From the NCBI GenBank assembly GCA_002633005.1, contig NMRA01000198.1, forward strand, positions 132,045 to 196,044: a DNA stretch of 64,000 nucleotides, read 5' to 3'. The DNA comes from Phoronis australis. Its lineage: Eukaryota > Animalia > Phoronida. The notes under the pieces were generated by a model. It did not search any database. It was not told where the DNA came from and saw only the letters and a program-made list of their open reading frames with translations. The translations under genes were made by a program, and so were the position numbers. This document shows positions 1-13,513 of this stretch, in pieces (position 1 is the stretch's first letter; each line of letters starts with the position of its first letter).

Positions 1-61
1 TTTTTTATCAGATGCTGTGTTTAAAAAATTCGTAGTTCGTTTAAATCAAACAAAGACTTAC

Positions 62-843
62 CATAAGGCAGCAACGAATAAGACTGAATGGAATAGAGGA
101 AACCGTATCGAATACCTTGCACCAGTCCATATTGAATGTAAAGAGAAAACCGTTCCCACTTTGGCATGTTCTTATTCTGAATTTCTTTTCGTATAGAGTT
201 GCTCTTTTCTAACTCACGATATTCGTTCACTTTTTCCATACTTGAATCATCATGAATAGTCTTCAGCCCTGTCGGGCCTTCGTCTTTTATAAAACCTTGG
301 TTACGCAATCCTGGAGCATTTTCTACCTCAAAGTGTTCGAGTTGTATGCGTTTCATCGCCGGATGAAAGTTTAGTAACGCAAAGGCTACAATGCTTGTTG
401 CAAGCATAACTGATAAAAATCCTATGAATATCTCCACAGAGAACAAGGGCTGTTTTAGAACTTGCTGAATCCGCCACATTGATGCGTTAAATGGTGTAAC
501 TGCAGTGCTTGTGTTCATCTGTTGGCTCATTGATTCGTTTGCCCTCCGCTGCGTCATATTAACGCAATCGTAGTCCCCAGCACCCTGTATTAATGCCACT
601 ATCGAGGGTAAGAAACCACTCAACCCATCACCGACGTAATAAGCCGTCAAATATTCAGTGGGAAATCGTGCCATATAACCGAGAAACACTAAGCTGGAAG
701 TGCTGTCGGTTAGCGCTAGAATACACGCCAGACACAGGAAACTTACACTATGCTCGCTGTCTCCTGTACAAATTGTTACGTTCCAGAAAAATATTAGCAA
801 TATAGTTGCCATTAACCCTGTCAGCATCACGGAAAACGCCGCC
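62..843 (-). CDS. SLC52A3: SLC52A3-like copy 1, 3' part of first coding exon (241-843 duplicates 845-1447); later exons lie off the left edge
   Basis: ORF 21-857 ends ...SIQSYSLLPYG. A GTAAGT donor starts at 61 (phase 1), the same intron position as in copy 2. Confidence 0.8.
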
Positions 844-844
844 N

Positions 845-1842
845 CTTGAATCATCATGAATAGTCTTCAGCTCTGTCGGGCCTTCGTCTTTTATAAAATC
901 TTGGTTACGCAATCCTGGAGCATTTTCTACCTCAAAGTGTTCGAGTTGTATGCGTTTCATCGCCGGATGAAAGTTTAGTAATGCAAAGGCTACAATGCTT
1001 GTTGCAAGCATAACTGATAAAAATCCTATGAAAATCTCCACAGAGAACAAGGGCTGTTTTAGAACTTGCTGAATCCGCCACATTGATGCGTTGAATGGTG
1101 TAACTGCAGGGCTTGTGTTCATCTGTTGGCTCATTGATTCGTTTGCCCTCCGCTGCGTCATATTAACGCAATTGTAGTCCCCAGCACCCTGTATTAATGC
1201 CACTATCGAGGGTAAGAAACCACTCAACCCATCACCGACGTAATAAGCCGTCAAATATTCAGTGGGAAATCGTGCCATATAACCGAGAAATACTAAGCTG
1301 GAAGTGCTGTCGGTTAGCGCTAGAATACACGCCAGACACAGGAAACTTACACTATGCTCGCTGTCTCCTGTACAAATTGTTACGTTCCATAAAAATATTA
1401 GCAATACAGTTGCCATTAACCCTGTCAGCATCACGGAAAACGCCGCCTGGACTTCGTAGCGGTGTTGAAACGATGAAGCAGAGGTGACGACAAAATATAT
1501 CAGAGGTAAAACTGCCGCTACGTTCGCAGCAATAACGAAGTAGCTGGGAAGGGACCACCCTTCGGGCAGGCGGTGAACCAGAACGGGCAATTCAGCAAAA
1601 ATACCATCGCTCTGTATCCAGGCGGCGATGTTAAACATGGCCACCAAAACGTAGGCTGCAACAGAGACGTGTCCTTCTCCATTTGTACGGCACATAGTGC
1701 TCGAGGGTTGGCTGCTCTTTGCTTCAGAGTCGTACATCGTCTTGCTAGCGAACTCTGAAATGAGGCCTTCCGTCTCAGAGGCATTTTCTTCTCTAGTTTG
1801 TGGTTGCATGATATCACCGCTGCTTACTTTTAACTTGAACAT
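845..1842 (-). CDS. SLC52A3: SLC52-family riboflavin transporter (SLC52A3-like), copy 1, 5' part of large first coding exon
   Basis: ORF 748-1848 has SLC52 motifs AELPVLVHRLPEGWSLPSY, DSTSSLVFL, GDGLSGFLPSIVALIQG and PLFSVEIF. First ATG at 1842; the ATG homologous to the copy 2 start is at 1809. A polypyrimidine+AG acceptor at 1946-1947 implies a 5' UTR intron. The frame is broken at the single N at 844. Confidence 0.85.
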
Positions 1843-2439
1843 GGACACACGAGCGCGAGTAACTTTTACTCCAGTAATAACTTTAGACTAAACCATCGAG
1901 TATCTTTCTCCTTATCCCTGCGTTTAACAAAATAACTCGATGAACCTGAAAAAAACGACAAAGCTATTCATCTTCAATCATCCGTGATCTCCACGAAGAA
2001 TACAGTCGCACACATGAATGCCTTGTCCTTGTGTTGCGGGTACTACACAATGAAACACATAGCTTCAATGCTGTGTATACATGTATGCTGGTTGAATACA
2101 CGGTGCAATGAAGTAATACACGTCTGTTGACGTGAGCCCCATATTAATTAAACTCGTGCATTCACAAATACGGACATTAGACAAAGGCTAGCAGAATATT
2201 AAATAGATAACGGAAATAAGAATGAGCACATAATATAGCTATATACAAAACGTCAAAAGAAACTAAATTAACAAAGGAGAAGCTGACTAACACACACTTA
2301 GATGAAGCACTGTAATCTAGATCGCGAGGTAATGAAAGTATAGTGATGTACTTGTAGTAAAAAAACGCTTTTGGTCTCGATGACTACGTTGAGACATAAT
2401 TTATATTAAACAGTATATGAGATAAAACAAACTGGTAAA

Positions 2440-3110
2440 TAAAATATGAACGGTTTAAAGATATTTGCACAAAAATAGACAGGTCTCTAAGTTTCCGCAT
2501 TCCTTGTTTCAAAGTTTGAATTTATTTTGCGTTTTTGATGTGGTCGTGGATTGAGTTACAAAGTTTGAGATCTAAAAATCTCATACTGTGCGGGCCACAT
2601 TTTGTTGTGTTGACATTGAGAATGCGAAGATTGATTAATTCTCTGAGATTATAAGGATCGCTACGTGTGTTTAATATGTCACTGATGTATGATGTGGTGC
2701 GATGATGAAGGGCTTTTTAATTGAATATCAGTGTGAGTTGTAGGCGTCTATTGTAGAGAGAGATATGATTTGTTTGGACTAGTAAGTCTTCATATTCAAT
2801 TCTGCCATTAAATTTGTAAATGGTTTTCGGTGCATATTTGTAAGATTTTACAAGTTTGTCGGAATTTCTTTTACACAAATGCCAGACAATGTCACAGTAG
2901 TTGCCTATTCAGCACGCCCTTTGTATTGATGATTGATGTAGATCTGAGCTAATGAAGTGGAAAGAAGTTAATTGCTCGCATTACTGTCTCAACAATGGTT
3001 GTTGTTAGTACCCCCAATTTGGTTTTCTCTGACATTTGCAGAGCTATAGCCGGCAACTCTGGAGAGTAGTTTTAACTTGGTTCATTATAAATATTACGAA
3101 ATGACTAAAA
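2440..3110 (-). mobile_element. Degraded CR1/L2-type LINE, 3' end of ORF2
   Basis: Manual translation gives YEDLL...SLYNRRLQL...SYISDIL...PYNLR...VNTTKCG..SMRF...KLCNSI.DHIKNA, the typical CR1/L2 ORF2 C-terminus, with stops. Boundaries approximate. Confidence 0.6.
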
Positions 3111-3799
3111 AGGTTAACTTGTGTGTATCTTCACAAAGGGACACTTCCCAAAGGAACGATACGTTTCATATTGGTTTTCTTTATTTAATTTTTTAATGTT
3201 TCTGCCACTTCAGTGTTTTTTTCTAACCGGGAACGGGCTGATAACTTTTTATCTAAGTTTAAAACTTGAAGTACCAAAATAGTGGTTCATTGTGAGCCCA
3301 TCCATAAACTTACTACATTACAGGTACACTAGACATTTCACGTGTCATTAAAGTTTAATCTCTATTAGAACTCAAATCATAAAACATATACAAAAGTGCA
3401 ATTAATATGATGATAACCAAACTCAAGATTTGGAATCTCAGAACAATTTCGGTGGCACTTACGATGTAACTATTCTAACTCTTTATCAATAATAAAAAAT
3501 GAAAAGTGGGCACATGTTAAGAACAACTGTTTCCTGGTCAAAAATCTGGTTAAACGAGATTGAAAAAATATTAAAAAATGAATCCATGTGATATTGTTAA
3601 CTCCTCTGATCAGCGTTTGCATATCCACCGAGTATACCAATACGCGCGATAGTTTATCTTCAATCGTACCGAATGGTTGTAGTTTTTACATTATTAGTTC
3701 ATCGATTTTTTAAAATCGAAAACCGTACTTGATTGTTTTTTTCCAGTTGAATACCGTCGTGATGCTCGTTTGTAACGAAAATTAGTTGCATTTTGAAAA

Positions 3800-4655
3800 T
3801 TCACCATTATGTATATATTAATTTTTTGACATCAATCATCATCAATCCACCCTCTTCTATGGATTTAATGAGTATTGATCTTTTTATTTTATCAGGTTTT
3901 CCGTCCCAAATTAATTTAATTTAATAAACAAAGTTTCAACATTCCTAAAATTAGTATCATTGGGACTTGGGAGCAGCATTAGCAGATGTATAATTTTTGG
4001 AGGCACAAGTGTTATTTAATACTGTGACCTTTCCAAAGATAGTCAGCTTTCTACGAGACCATATATTAATCAGACTCTTCATTTCCATTATTTTTGCATC
4101 AAAGTTATCTTTGGACATGGTATCCAAGTTCACGCTGAAATTAATACCCAGAAGCTTAAAATCAACGTATCCCCATTTTAGTTTCCAACGCGTGCTGTGA
4201 AACACTTCTTGAGAGAATATTCTACTTCCAATCCACACTACTTTTGTCTTAGAATAGTTTATCCTCAGCCCCGACATCCCTGCACAGAACTCTAGGTTAT
4301 TCATAAGTGCTGCCAGGGATCTTGGAGTTCCGTCTAATGTGAAAGTTGTGTCATCTGCGTATTGTGTTATAACGAAGTCTTCGTCGCCGATCTTAATACC
4401 TTTCACGTCAGGATCAGTTTAATCATTATGGACAAAATTTCAGCACACAGTATAAAAATATAAGGGGAGAGAGGATCACCTTGTCGACATCCGCGTTCTA
4501 GTATGAAGTTGTCTGACAGAAATCCATTTTGTATGACACGGGCAATTGGTTTATTATAAAAAGTTCTTATATATCGAATGATAATGGTTTTGAAATTGAA
4601 ATTATTCAAGACTTTGAATATAAAGTCCCAGGAAACACTATCAAAAGCCTTTTGA
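3800..4655 (-). mobile_element. L1/Tx1-clade LINE reverse transcriptase fragment (frameshifted)
   Basis: KAFDSV, GCRQGDPLSPYIF, QYADDTT, SGLRINYSKTK and IWDGKPDKIKR...EGGL motifs spread over shifted frames. Confidence 0.9.
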
Positions 4656-7600
4656 GGATTGACGATAGTCATGATACATAGAATTATCCAAATTTATCTG
4701 TGACTCGTCTGATGCTAGCCTACTTAAAGGAGAATGCCACCCGATGTAATTAGTCTTTTTTACCGTCTCAATCGGTCTATATCCATATCGCCTCTTATGC
4801 GGTCGACTTCACCTTGCTTGCCAAAGAACTATCCATACGTTCCGTTGCCTGTGCATGTTCACGGCGCCTCTCTAGTATTTCTTAATCAGTGTATTCCAGT
4901 TCGAACTGATAGCCTGTGGAACTAACGATACGACCCGTGAAGTCTTCGTCGGATGAGCTCTTGATTAAGTTGGGACTGGCGCCGGGCGAGTTGCTATGTA
5001 GACGTCTATTATTCTGCGTTCTGTTTCAAAATGAATTGTTCTCATCCTCACCAATGCTTATATAAAACTGAAACAAAGTTTGTCTCACTAGATGCAATTT
5101 GTAATGCCTTTGCAGTATTCGTGAGTGCAAATGTTGAGAAGCCAGCCATGAATAAACCACTGCGTCACCGGCTTTTGATGCCGGCAATAAAGGTCATTGA
5201 CCTGTCACCGAGGTCGTGTGTGCGCATGCTAATTCAGTGTTTGCTGACAGAAAGCTGTTGTGAAACAATTACTCGACGTTATATGCTATGGTCACATGTT
5301 AGAGGATTCTTTATTTAGAAATACAAATACATCATTCAAATCATTGTTACTGTACAACCTTTGCCTTGACGGTCTGTGGAAGGGGAACCCGACTTCGCCG
5401 CCCCCGAACAGTGGCGGATCTAGGATACCATAAGGAGGGCCCAAGATGTTGCCTCGGAGAATTGGGCAAAGCGCAATTGTATGCACAGGNACCATTATAG
5501 TCTTTTCGTGACTGGAGGTTAAGTTTCCAACTCAAGCTGGTTTATGTTCGCGCCAGTCCCGGCGGCCGTGATGGGCATGATTGGGTTCCGAGCCACTGGC
5601 CGGGATAACAAGTCAGTCCGGCCGCGACGGGCCCGTCGATTGGGTTCCGATCCACTGGCCGAGATAACGAGCCTTTTGTGTGTTTAGGACTCAAAAAATC
5701 ACAAGTCTAAACAACAAAGATCTAGGTTCTCCTGTCTGTATTTTACGGAAAAATACTCCGAATTTATCTGCGAACAGACCCCAAACTCCTGCTACGGACC
5801 TTTGTAAATTGGCCTGCCGAACTTTGCAGGCTACGCTGTGTCCAAATACCAATAAATCAGCGAAATAAAACAACACGTTTTTATAAGAACTCGGTATATT
5901 TTTAAGGGTTTTACATCGAAATTTGATGATTTATTGGCGTTAAACGATGAATTCATGCCATAAGCTGACACCAGTAACCCGTGTTTCGAACTGCTAAACA
6001 GACTGCGTGTGAAACTAATCATCACGTCATTGCATAATTTCAATACCATCCGTCTGTCGTCAGGTGTCAGGTAAAGCAACCGAACGTGCCCTTATCGAGT
6101 AGAACTGCTGGATCTAAACTGATACAAAATAGGTTGTTTTTTGGGTGTCATTCTCCTCTAAGTGACGTCCGTATTAGTCTAAATCAGTGGTTAACTCGGT
6201 CTACGAGTTCTCATGACCTCCACTGGGGGCGCCAGCATACGTGTGATAACATCAGGTGAACAAAAGGGTCTTGGCCAACATTCACCATTCTGCAAAAGTA
6301 TTTCACTAAGCGGTAGGCCTGTCGCGTTTCTGAATGTAAGTGTTACTGAACAACTGTTGTAAATGCCTACTCAGATCAATCCCCGAACCGGGAATCTAAC
6401 CTGGACCAGCCATGTACGCCTGTATGGTTGTAGTTTTATAAGAAGTGAGTTGAAAGGGGTCTGAATGGAAGTTAAATTGGTGATTTTCGACATGACTGTG
6501 ACTGTGGCCGCTTGTGGACTTCGACTTCAGAGTTCAGTCTTATCCCACCTAACTACTTTGGAAACAAGTCGGATATAATGTTCCTTGGTATTGAGAATGA
6601 TGTAATAACTTCAGTGCAGGTTCACTAGTTATACCTCACGGAATCCGACTGTTAACGTTAGCCAGATGGAACACACCATTGACAGCAAATGTCTAGAGAC
6701 TAGACTTGACCACAGGCGAATACACGTGTTTGTTGCATCGTTAGTTAGTCTAATAAAACAAGTATTAAATCAGGAACTAACGTGTATTGTGTATGTCAGA
6801 CGATCGACAAACCAGAAGTGACTCCTTACATTTATACTACACGAATGTAACAACGCTACACTCCTCCCATACTACAGAGTGAAGTGTCCTACTCAATACA
6901 AGTTCCTGAAGATCTAAACAGAACGTGACAACTTGCTAATAAAGGTTAATTAAGTGGTACCTAAGATCTAGTGCAAACTGGTACACTAAATGAAAACAGG
7001 AGTAAACAACTACATGCTACTTGAATGCTAGAATAATCTTAAACAAGTAAGAACAAGAACTTAATTACTAACTCTAAAGTCTATGTGATCAACACTGTTT
7101 GTAATAGTCTCTCGCACACAATCGGATTGACGGCAACTAACGGGTTAGTACATAGTCCTTTAAATAGTCTGGCGGACGTCGGTCACGATTGGGTCCGGAG
7201 GTTTGCGATGTAGCTGGAATNNNNNNNNNNNNNNNNNNNNNNNNNNNNNNNNNNNNNNNNNNNNNNNNNNNNNNNNNNNNNNNNNNNNNNNNNNNNNNNN
7301 NNNNNNNNNNNNNNNNNNNNNNNNNNAAAAATATAAGGGGAGAGAGGATCACCTTGTCGACATCCGCGTTCTAGTATGAAGTTGTCTGACAGAAATCCAT
7401 TTTGTATGACACGGGCAATTGGTTTATTATAAAAAGTTCTTATATATCTAATGATAATGGTTTTGAAATTGAAATTATTCAAGACTTTGAATATAAAGTC
7501 CCAGGAAACACTATCAAAAGCCTTTTGAGGATTGACGATAGTCATGATACATAGAATTATCCAAATTTATCTGTGACTCGTCTGATGCTAGCCTACTTAA

Positions 7601-10233
7601 AGGAGAATGCCACCCGATGTAATTAGTCTTTTTTACCGTCTCAATCGGTCTATATCCATATCGCCTCTTATGCGGTCGACTTCACCTTGCTTGCCAAAGA
7701 ACTATCCATACGTTCCGTTGCCTGTGCATGTTCACGGCGCCTCTCTAGTATTTCTTAATCAGTGTATTCCAGTTCGAACTGATAGCCTGTGGAACTAACG
7801 ATACGACCCGTGAAGTCTTCGTCGGATGAGCTCTTGATTAAGTTGGGACTGGCGCCGGGCGAGTTGCTATGTAGACGTCTATTATTCTGCGTTCTGTTTC
7901 AAAATGAATTGTTCTCATCCTCACCAATGCTTATATAAAACTGAAACAAAGTTTGTCTCACTAGATGCAATTTGTAATGCCTTTGCAGTATTCGTGAGTG
8001 CAAATGTTGAGAAGCCAGCCATGAATAAACCACTGCGTCACCGGCTTTTGATGCCGGCAATAAAGGTCATTGACCTGTCACCGAGGTCGTGTGTGCGCAT
8101 GCTAATTCAGTGTTTGCTGACAGAAAGCTGTTGTGAAACAATTACTCGACGTTATATGCTATGGTCACATGTTAGAGGATTCTTTATTTAGAAATACAAA
8201 TACATCATTCAAATCATTGTTACTGTACAACCTTTGCCTTGACGGTCTGTGGAAGGGGAACCCGACTTCGCCGCCCCCGAACAGTGGCGGATCTAGGATA
8301 CCATAAGGAGGGCCCAAGATGTTGCCTCGGAGAATTGGGCAAAGCGCAATTGTATGCACAGGCGGCCCGAAAGTCGCGGGGGCTGGCGATGTTGACCTGG
8401 TGTTGCCAAATTCTACCGGAAGACTAAAAAAATAAATAACGAGAACGCGATTCCGCTGCGCTNAGGCTAATTCACATAAATACGTGCACATTATTTTTTT
8501 GGCTTACCATTATAGTCTTTTCGTGACTGGAGGTTAAGTTTCCAACTCAAGCTAGTTTATGTTCGCGCCAGACCCGGCGGGCGTGACGGGCATGATTGGG
8601 TTCCGAAACACTTGCCGGGATAACAAGTCAGTCCGGCCGCGCCGGCCCGTCGATTGGGTTCCGATCCACTGGCCGAGATATCGAGCCTTTTGTGTGTTTA
8701 GGACCCAAAAAATCACAAGCCTAAACAACAAAGATCTAGGTTCTTCTGTCTGTATTTTACGGAAAAATAATCCGAATTTATCTGCGAACAGACCCCAAAC
8801 TCCTGCTACGGACCTTGGTAAATTGGCCTGCCGAACTTTGCAGGCTACGCTGTGTCCAAACACCAATAAATCAGCGAAATAAAACAACACGTTTTTATAA
8901 GAACTCGGTATATTTTTAAGGGTTTTACATCGAAGTTTGATGATTTATTGGCGTTAAACGATGAATTCATGCGATAAGCTGACACCAGTAACCCGTGTTG
9001 CGAACTGCTAAACAGACTGCTTGTGAAACTAATCATCACGTCATTGCATAATTTCAATACATCCGTCTGTCGTCAGGTGTCAGGTAACGCAACCGAACGT
9101 GCCCTTATCGAGTAGAACTGCAGGATCTAAATTGATACAAAATAGGTTGTTTTTTGGGTGGCATTCTCCTCTAAGTGACGTTCGTATTAGTCTAAATCAG
9201 TGGTTAACTCGGTTTACGAGTTCTCATGACCTCCACTGGGGGCGCCAGCATACGTGTGATAACATCAGGTGGACAAAAGGGTCTTGGCCAACAGTCACCA
9301 TTCTGCAAAAGTATTTCACTAAGCGGTAGGCCTGTCGCGTTTCTGAATGTAAGTGTTACTGAACAACTGTTGTAAATGCCTACTCAGATCAATCCCCGAA
9401 CCGGGAATCTAACCTGGACCAGCCATGTACTCCTGTATGGTTGTACTTTTATGAAAAGTGAGTTGAAAGGGGTCTGAATGGAAGTTAAATTGGTGATTTT
9501 CGACATGACTGTGACTGTGGCCGCTTGTGGACTTCGATTTCAGAGTTCAGTCTTATCCCACCTAACTACTTTGGAAACAAGTCGGATATAATGTTCCCTG
9601 GTTTTGAGAATGATGTAATAACTTCAGTGCAGGTTCACTATTTAAACCTCACGGAGTCCGACTGTTAACGTTAGCCAGATGGAACACACCATTGACAGCA
9701 AATGTCTAGAGACTAGACTTGACCACAGGCGAATACACGTGTTTGTTGCATCGTTAGTTAGTCTAATAAAACAAGTATTAAATCAGGAACTAACGTGTAT
9801 TGTGTATGTCAGACGATCGACGTACCAGAAGTGACTCCTTACATTTATACTATTCGAATGTAACAACGCTACACTCCTCCCATACTACAGAGTGAAGTGT
9901 CCTACTCAATACAAGTTCCTGAAGATCTAAACAAAACGTGACAACTTGCTAATAAAGGTTAATTAAGTGGTACCTAAGATCTAGTGCGAACTGGTACACT
10001 AAATGAAAACAGAAGTAAACAACTACATGCTACTTGAATGCTAGAATAATCTTAAACAAGTAAGAACAAGAACTTAATTACTTACTCTAAAGTCTATGTG
10101 ATCAACACTGTTTGTAATAGTCTCTCGCACACAATCGGATTGACGGCAAATAACGGGTTAGTACATAGTCCTTTAAATAGCCTGGCGGACGTCGGTCACG
10201 ATTGGGTCCGGAGGTTTGCGATGTAGCTGGAAT
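4454..10233. repeat. Near-identical direct duplication, 4454-7220 vs 7327-10233, separated by an N gap
   Basis: Identical or near-identical ORFs recur (4734/7607, 5031/7904) and the copies meet exactly at the gap 7221-7326. Probably uncollapsed haplotypes. Confidence 0.9.
6731..6860 (-). repeat. Second copy of the Gypsy 3' LTR inside the duplicated block
   Basis: Matches 9744-9873. Confidence 0.8.
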
Positions 10234-12525
10234 ATCATCACTTGGGGAACTGGGACTGGATGTAGACAGTCTCTTGGTAGATGTAGAAGATGTTGTAGTA
10301 TCGGTCGGGGTAGATCCATCTTCGTTGTCTTCTTCGTTGATGTCGATGTTACCGTGGATCTGTCGGAAGTGTGAGGAATTACGGGTTATTATCTGTTGTC
10401 CTCGTTGTGCTGTAATCATGATACCTTTCTTATCAGTGACAGTGAAAGGTGACGGTTGGAACGGCGGCGTTGTTTTGTTCAACTTGGGTTGCTTCACTAG
10501 CACGTGATCTCCTGGTTGCAGATTCGAAGTCTGTGTATGTTGGCGGTTATCAGCATACGACTTCATCTTGGCCTTGCTGGAGGTGTCATTCTCAACGATG
10601 CGATTGTGAACTGAATCGTTGTTGGGACACTGAGGTATGGTGGGTAGACCAATGTTCATCTGTCGACCAGTGAGGTCTTCAAACAGAGATGTCTTGGTAG
10701 AGGAGTGAGGCGTCGCTCTGTACTGGGAGAGAAACGTGGGAAGTTGCGTCTTCCAATTCTCTTGGGCTGCAGTTGCTGCTCGTATGTACTTATTCAGAGT
10801 TCGCTTGAATCTCTCTGCTTCGCCATTTGCTTCTGGCCACAACGGCGTAACTTTCTTGTGAACGATTCCAAACTGTTGGGCGAAGGCTGAGAACTCGTGG
10901 CTGCTGAATAGCGGTCCATTGTCGGTCTTGAGCTTGTGAGGGTTGCCTTGTCGAGGAAAGATCATCTCGAGTTTCGGAATCACAGTCTTAGCTGAAGTAG
11001 ATGAGGCGATTTCTACTTCTGGATATCTGCTGTATTCATATATAACTACAAGAAGATATTCTCCCGTAGGAAATGGACCCGCAAAATCGTGTCTCAGTGT
11101 CAGTGCACGGCTTGCATACGAGATGACTTTGTCATCTTGCATCATGACAGCCCCTAGGCCAACTGGGCTTGCATCGACTATTATTTCGGTTTTCTTCTGA
11201 TGGTCGAAATATGCAAGCACTGAGGTACTTGTCAGCGCATCCTTCAGGTTATTGAAAGCTGTCTCTTCATCTTTGCCCCATGACCATGTGACGTCTTTCT
11301 TGGTGAGACGTCGTAACGGTTCAAGAATGGTGGCATAATGACGAATAAATCTGGAAAGGTACTGCACCATTCCGAGTAGAGATCGAACTTCTGCAGATGA
11401 GGAAGGAGTATTCATGTCGATGAGGGCCTGAGTCTTGGACGGTTGTGGAGATATGCCTTGTACACCAAACGTACGGCCATAGCAGGTTAGTTGATTCTCA
11501 GAGAATAGGCACTTCCCTTTGTTGAGCTTAGCACCACTGTCGTTCAGCCTCTTCAGTGTTGCTTGTAGGCTTGCATCGTGGTCCATCTGGGTTTTGCCGA
11601 AGACAATTATGTCGTCTGAGAGGTTCTTGGCACCTGGGATGTTCTGAAGTAACTGTGCAATAGTATTCTGAAACAATTCAGCTGCAGTGTTGACTCCAGA
11701 CAGTAATCTCTTGTATCGTCGTAGACCAACATGTGTTGTAAATGTGGTGATGAAACGACTTTTTTCGTCCAACTCTAGTTGATGGTAGGCACTTGACATG
11801 TCTAACTTGCTGAAGACTGTAGCCGCATTCAGGTCATGGACAAGGTCATCAATAGTCGGCATGATGTGCTTGGTTCGTTTGATCGCTTTATTGGCTTCTC
11901 TCATGTCGACACACAGTCGTACGCCTTCTTTCTTGGGTATTACTACAACTCGACTAATCCATGGGGTGGGGCCGTTGACTTCCTCAATCACGTCGAGATC
12001 GGTCAGTCGTGCAATTTCTTGTTCGACATCTTTTTGCACGTGAAATGGAATGCGTCGATGCCTCTGAGTTATCGGTTGTATGGTGTCATCGATGTGGAGC
12101 TTGATCTTGACATCTTTGAGTTTGCCAATGCCTGGAGAAAACTGAGGAGAATACTCTTCGCTCTCCGGGATGGATGACTGGAAGGCATACTGGATGAGAC
12201 CAAGTGCTTCAGCGGTTTGTCTACAAAGCAAGCTGCAAGTGGGACGGTCTGGTCGAATCAGGTAGAAGGTCGCCATGCATTTAGAGCCATTATACGCCAC
12301 TTCCGTTTTGAAGGAGCCCACTACGTCGAGGCATGCATCTTGTGCGTATGCGTAAATCTTCGTCGAGCGGGGTTGTAGTGTAGGTCTCTCAGGAAAGTGC
12401 TGTAGCATGGACTCTGGAATAATATTCACTGAAGCTCTCGTATCTACAATGAATTCTACTGATGTATCAAGGAGTGAAATATTGACCCTCAGGACCTTGC
12501 CTTCGACAGTATGAGCAGTGAACAC
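10102..12525 (-). pseudogene. pol: Gypsy pol polyprotein (protease, RT, partial RNase H, integrase core)
   Basis: IVDTRASVN (mutated DTGA), RLCVDMREAN, FSKLDMSSAYHQL, LSDDIIV, VDASPVGLGAV, TDNGP, NGEAERF. The RNase H C-terminus and integrase HHCC finger are missing. Confidence 0.9.
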
Positions 12526-13337
12526 TTATTCGGAGTCGGAATCGCTGTCGTGCTCACCAGTGTCTTCTCGACCGATTTGGCTGACTTGCTTTGATCTGCA
12601 TACTTGTGCGAAATTTCCAACTTTTCCACAGTTCAGACAGTCTCTTCCTTTTGCAGGACACATGGTGTTCGCAGCATGAGGAAAATCTCCACCACAGTTT
12701 CGACACACTCGGTTTCGTTTTCGCCAGTTGTTGTTGGGCTTGTAGTTGTTACTGGTGTGGGTCTGCCCCGATGACGTTCGCTTCGGGACTCGCGAGTTAA
12801 ATTGTTTCTTGGGTCTGTGCTGGTCCTGTGGTTTGAACTGATGGGGCGACTGTGATTTGTGCTTGTGCAATGTTAGTGAGTTGACACCCTTTTCAGTGTC
12901 ACTGGCACGTTGTTTGGTGAGTTCGAGAGCGTGCGCTTCGTCAAGAGCTTGTGTCAGCGTCATGTAGTCTCGTAGGCCACGACGGCAGAGTCGAGTGGAG
13001 GTACACCCATGAAGAATCTGTGTTAAGATCTCACAATCTGTGTCATGAAAGTCACATGTGGCTGCAAGTGTTCTCAAGCGAGTGTGGAACGAGTCGATTA
13101 TCTCTGATGGTTCCTGCACCGCTTGCCTGAATTTGTATGTTTCATATGCAGTGTTTTGCTTAGGCGTGAAGTAAGTAGTGAGAAGGCATCTTCTTCACCC
13201 TGTTGAGCGTCTGTCATGCTATCATAGATATCGAACCCCTCATCGCTAATGTAATGTAGTAATAGGGCTTTCTTACGTTTATTGTCAGTAATGTCTAAGG
13301 CTAAAAGCATGTTATCAAACTTGTTTAGCCATTTCAT
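12526..13337 (-). pseudogene. gag: Gypsy gag (frameshifted) with zinc knuckles
   Basis: KRKKALLLHY, FHTRLRTLAATCDF, CRNCGGDFPH...CPAKGRDCLNCGKVGNFAQVC. Split between ORFs 13098-13337 and 12526-13119. Confidence 0.85.
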
Positions 13338-13500
13338 CCACCAACGGGGGAAAGGCAGGTAGGGCTGTCATATCAATAGCACGGACTCGGAGTGTACGGG
13401 CGAGTACAGCTAAAATACACTGCAAACGTCAGTTCGTGACAGTTTATGTAGGAATAACACGTATCCCTGTGACTTCTCCGTTGTTACTGGGGTCTTGTCT

Positions 13501-13513
13501 ATCCTCGTCGCCA
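13501..13513 (-). promoter_or_regulatory. Primer-binding site complementary to the tRNA-Ser(GCT) 3' end
   Basis: Plus strand reads ATCCTCGTCGCCA, the metazoan tRNA-Ser(GCT) 3' terminus with CCA, 1 nt from the 5' LTR. Confidence 0.75.

Noticed and set aside
593-1891. Short plus-strand and alternate-frame ORFs over SLC52, and similar ones over Gypsy and ENPP
   Set aside because: Shadow ORFs of real coding sequence with no independent evidence.
4670-6700. ORF1 of the L1/Tx1 element or a host gene
   Set aside because: Short ORFs with no recognisable motif or consistent splice structure.
12520-12535. Programmed stop-codon readthrough between gag and pol (TAA in frame)
   Set aside because: The context DSDSE*VFT fits a Tyr-to-stop point mutation in a single gag-pol ORF, and the element has several other inactivating lesions.
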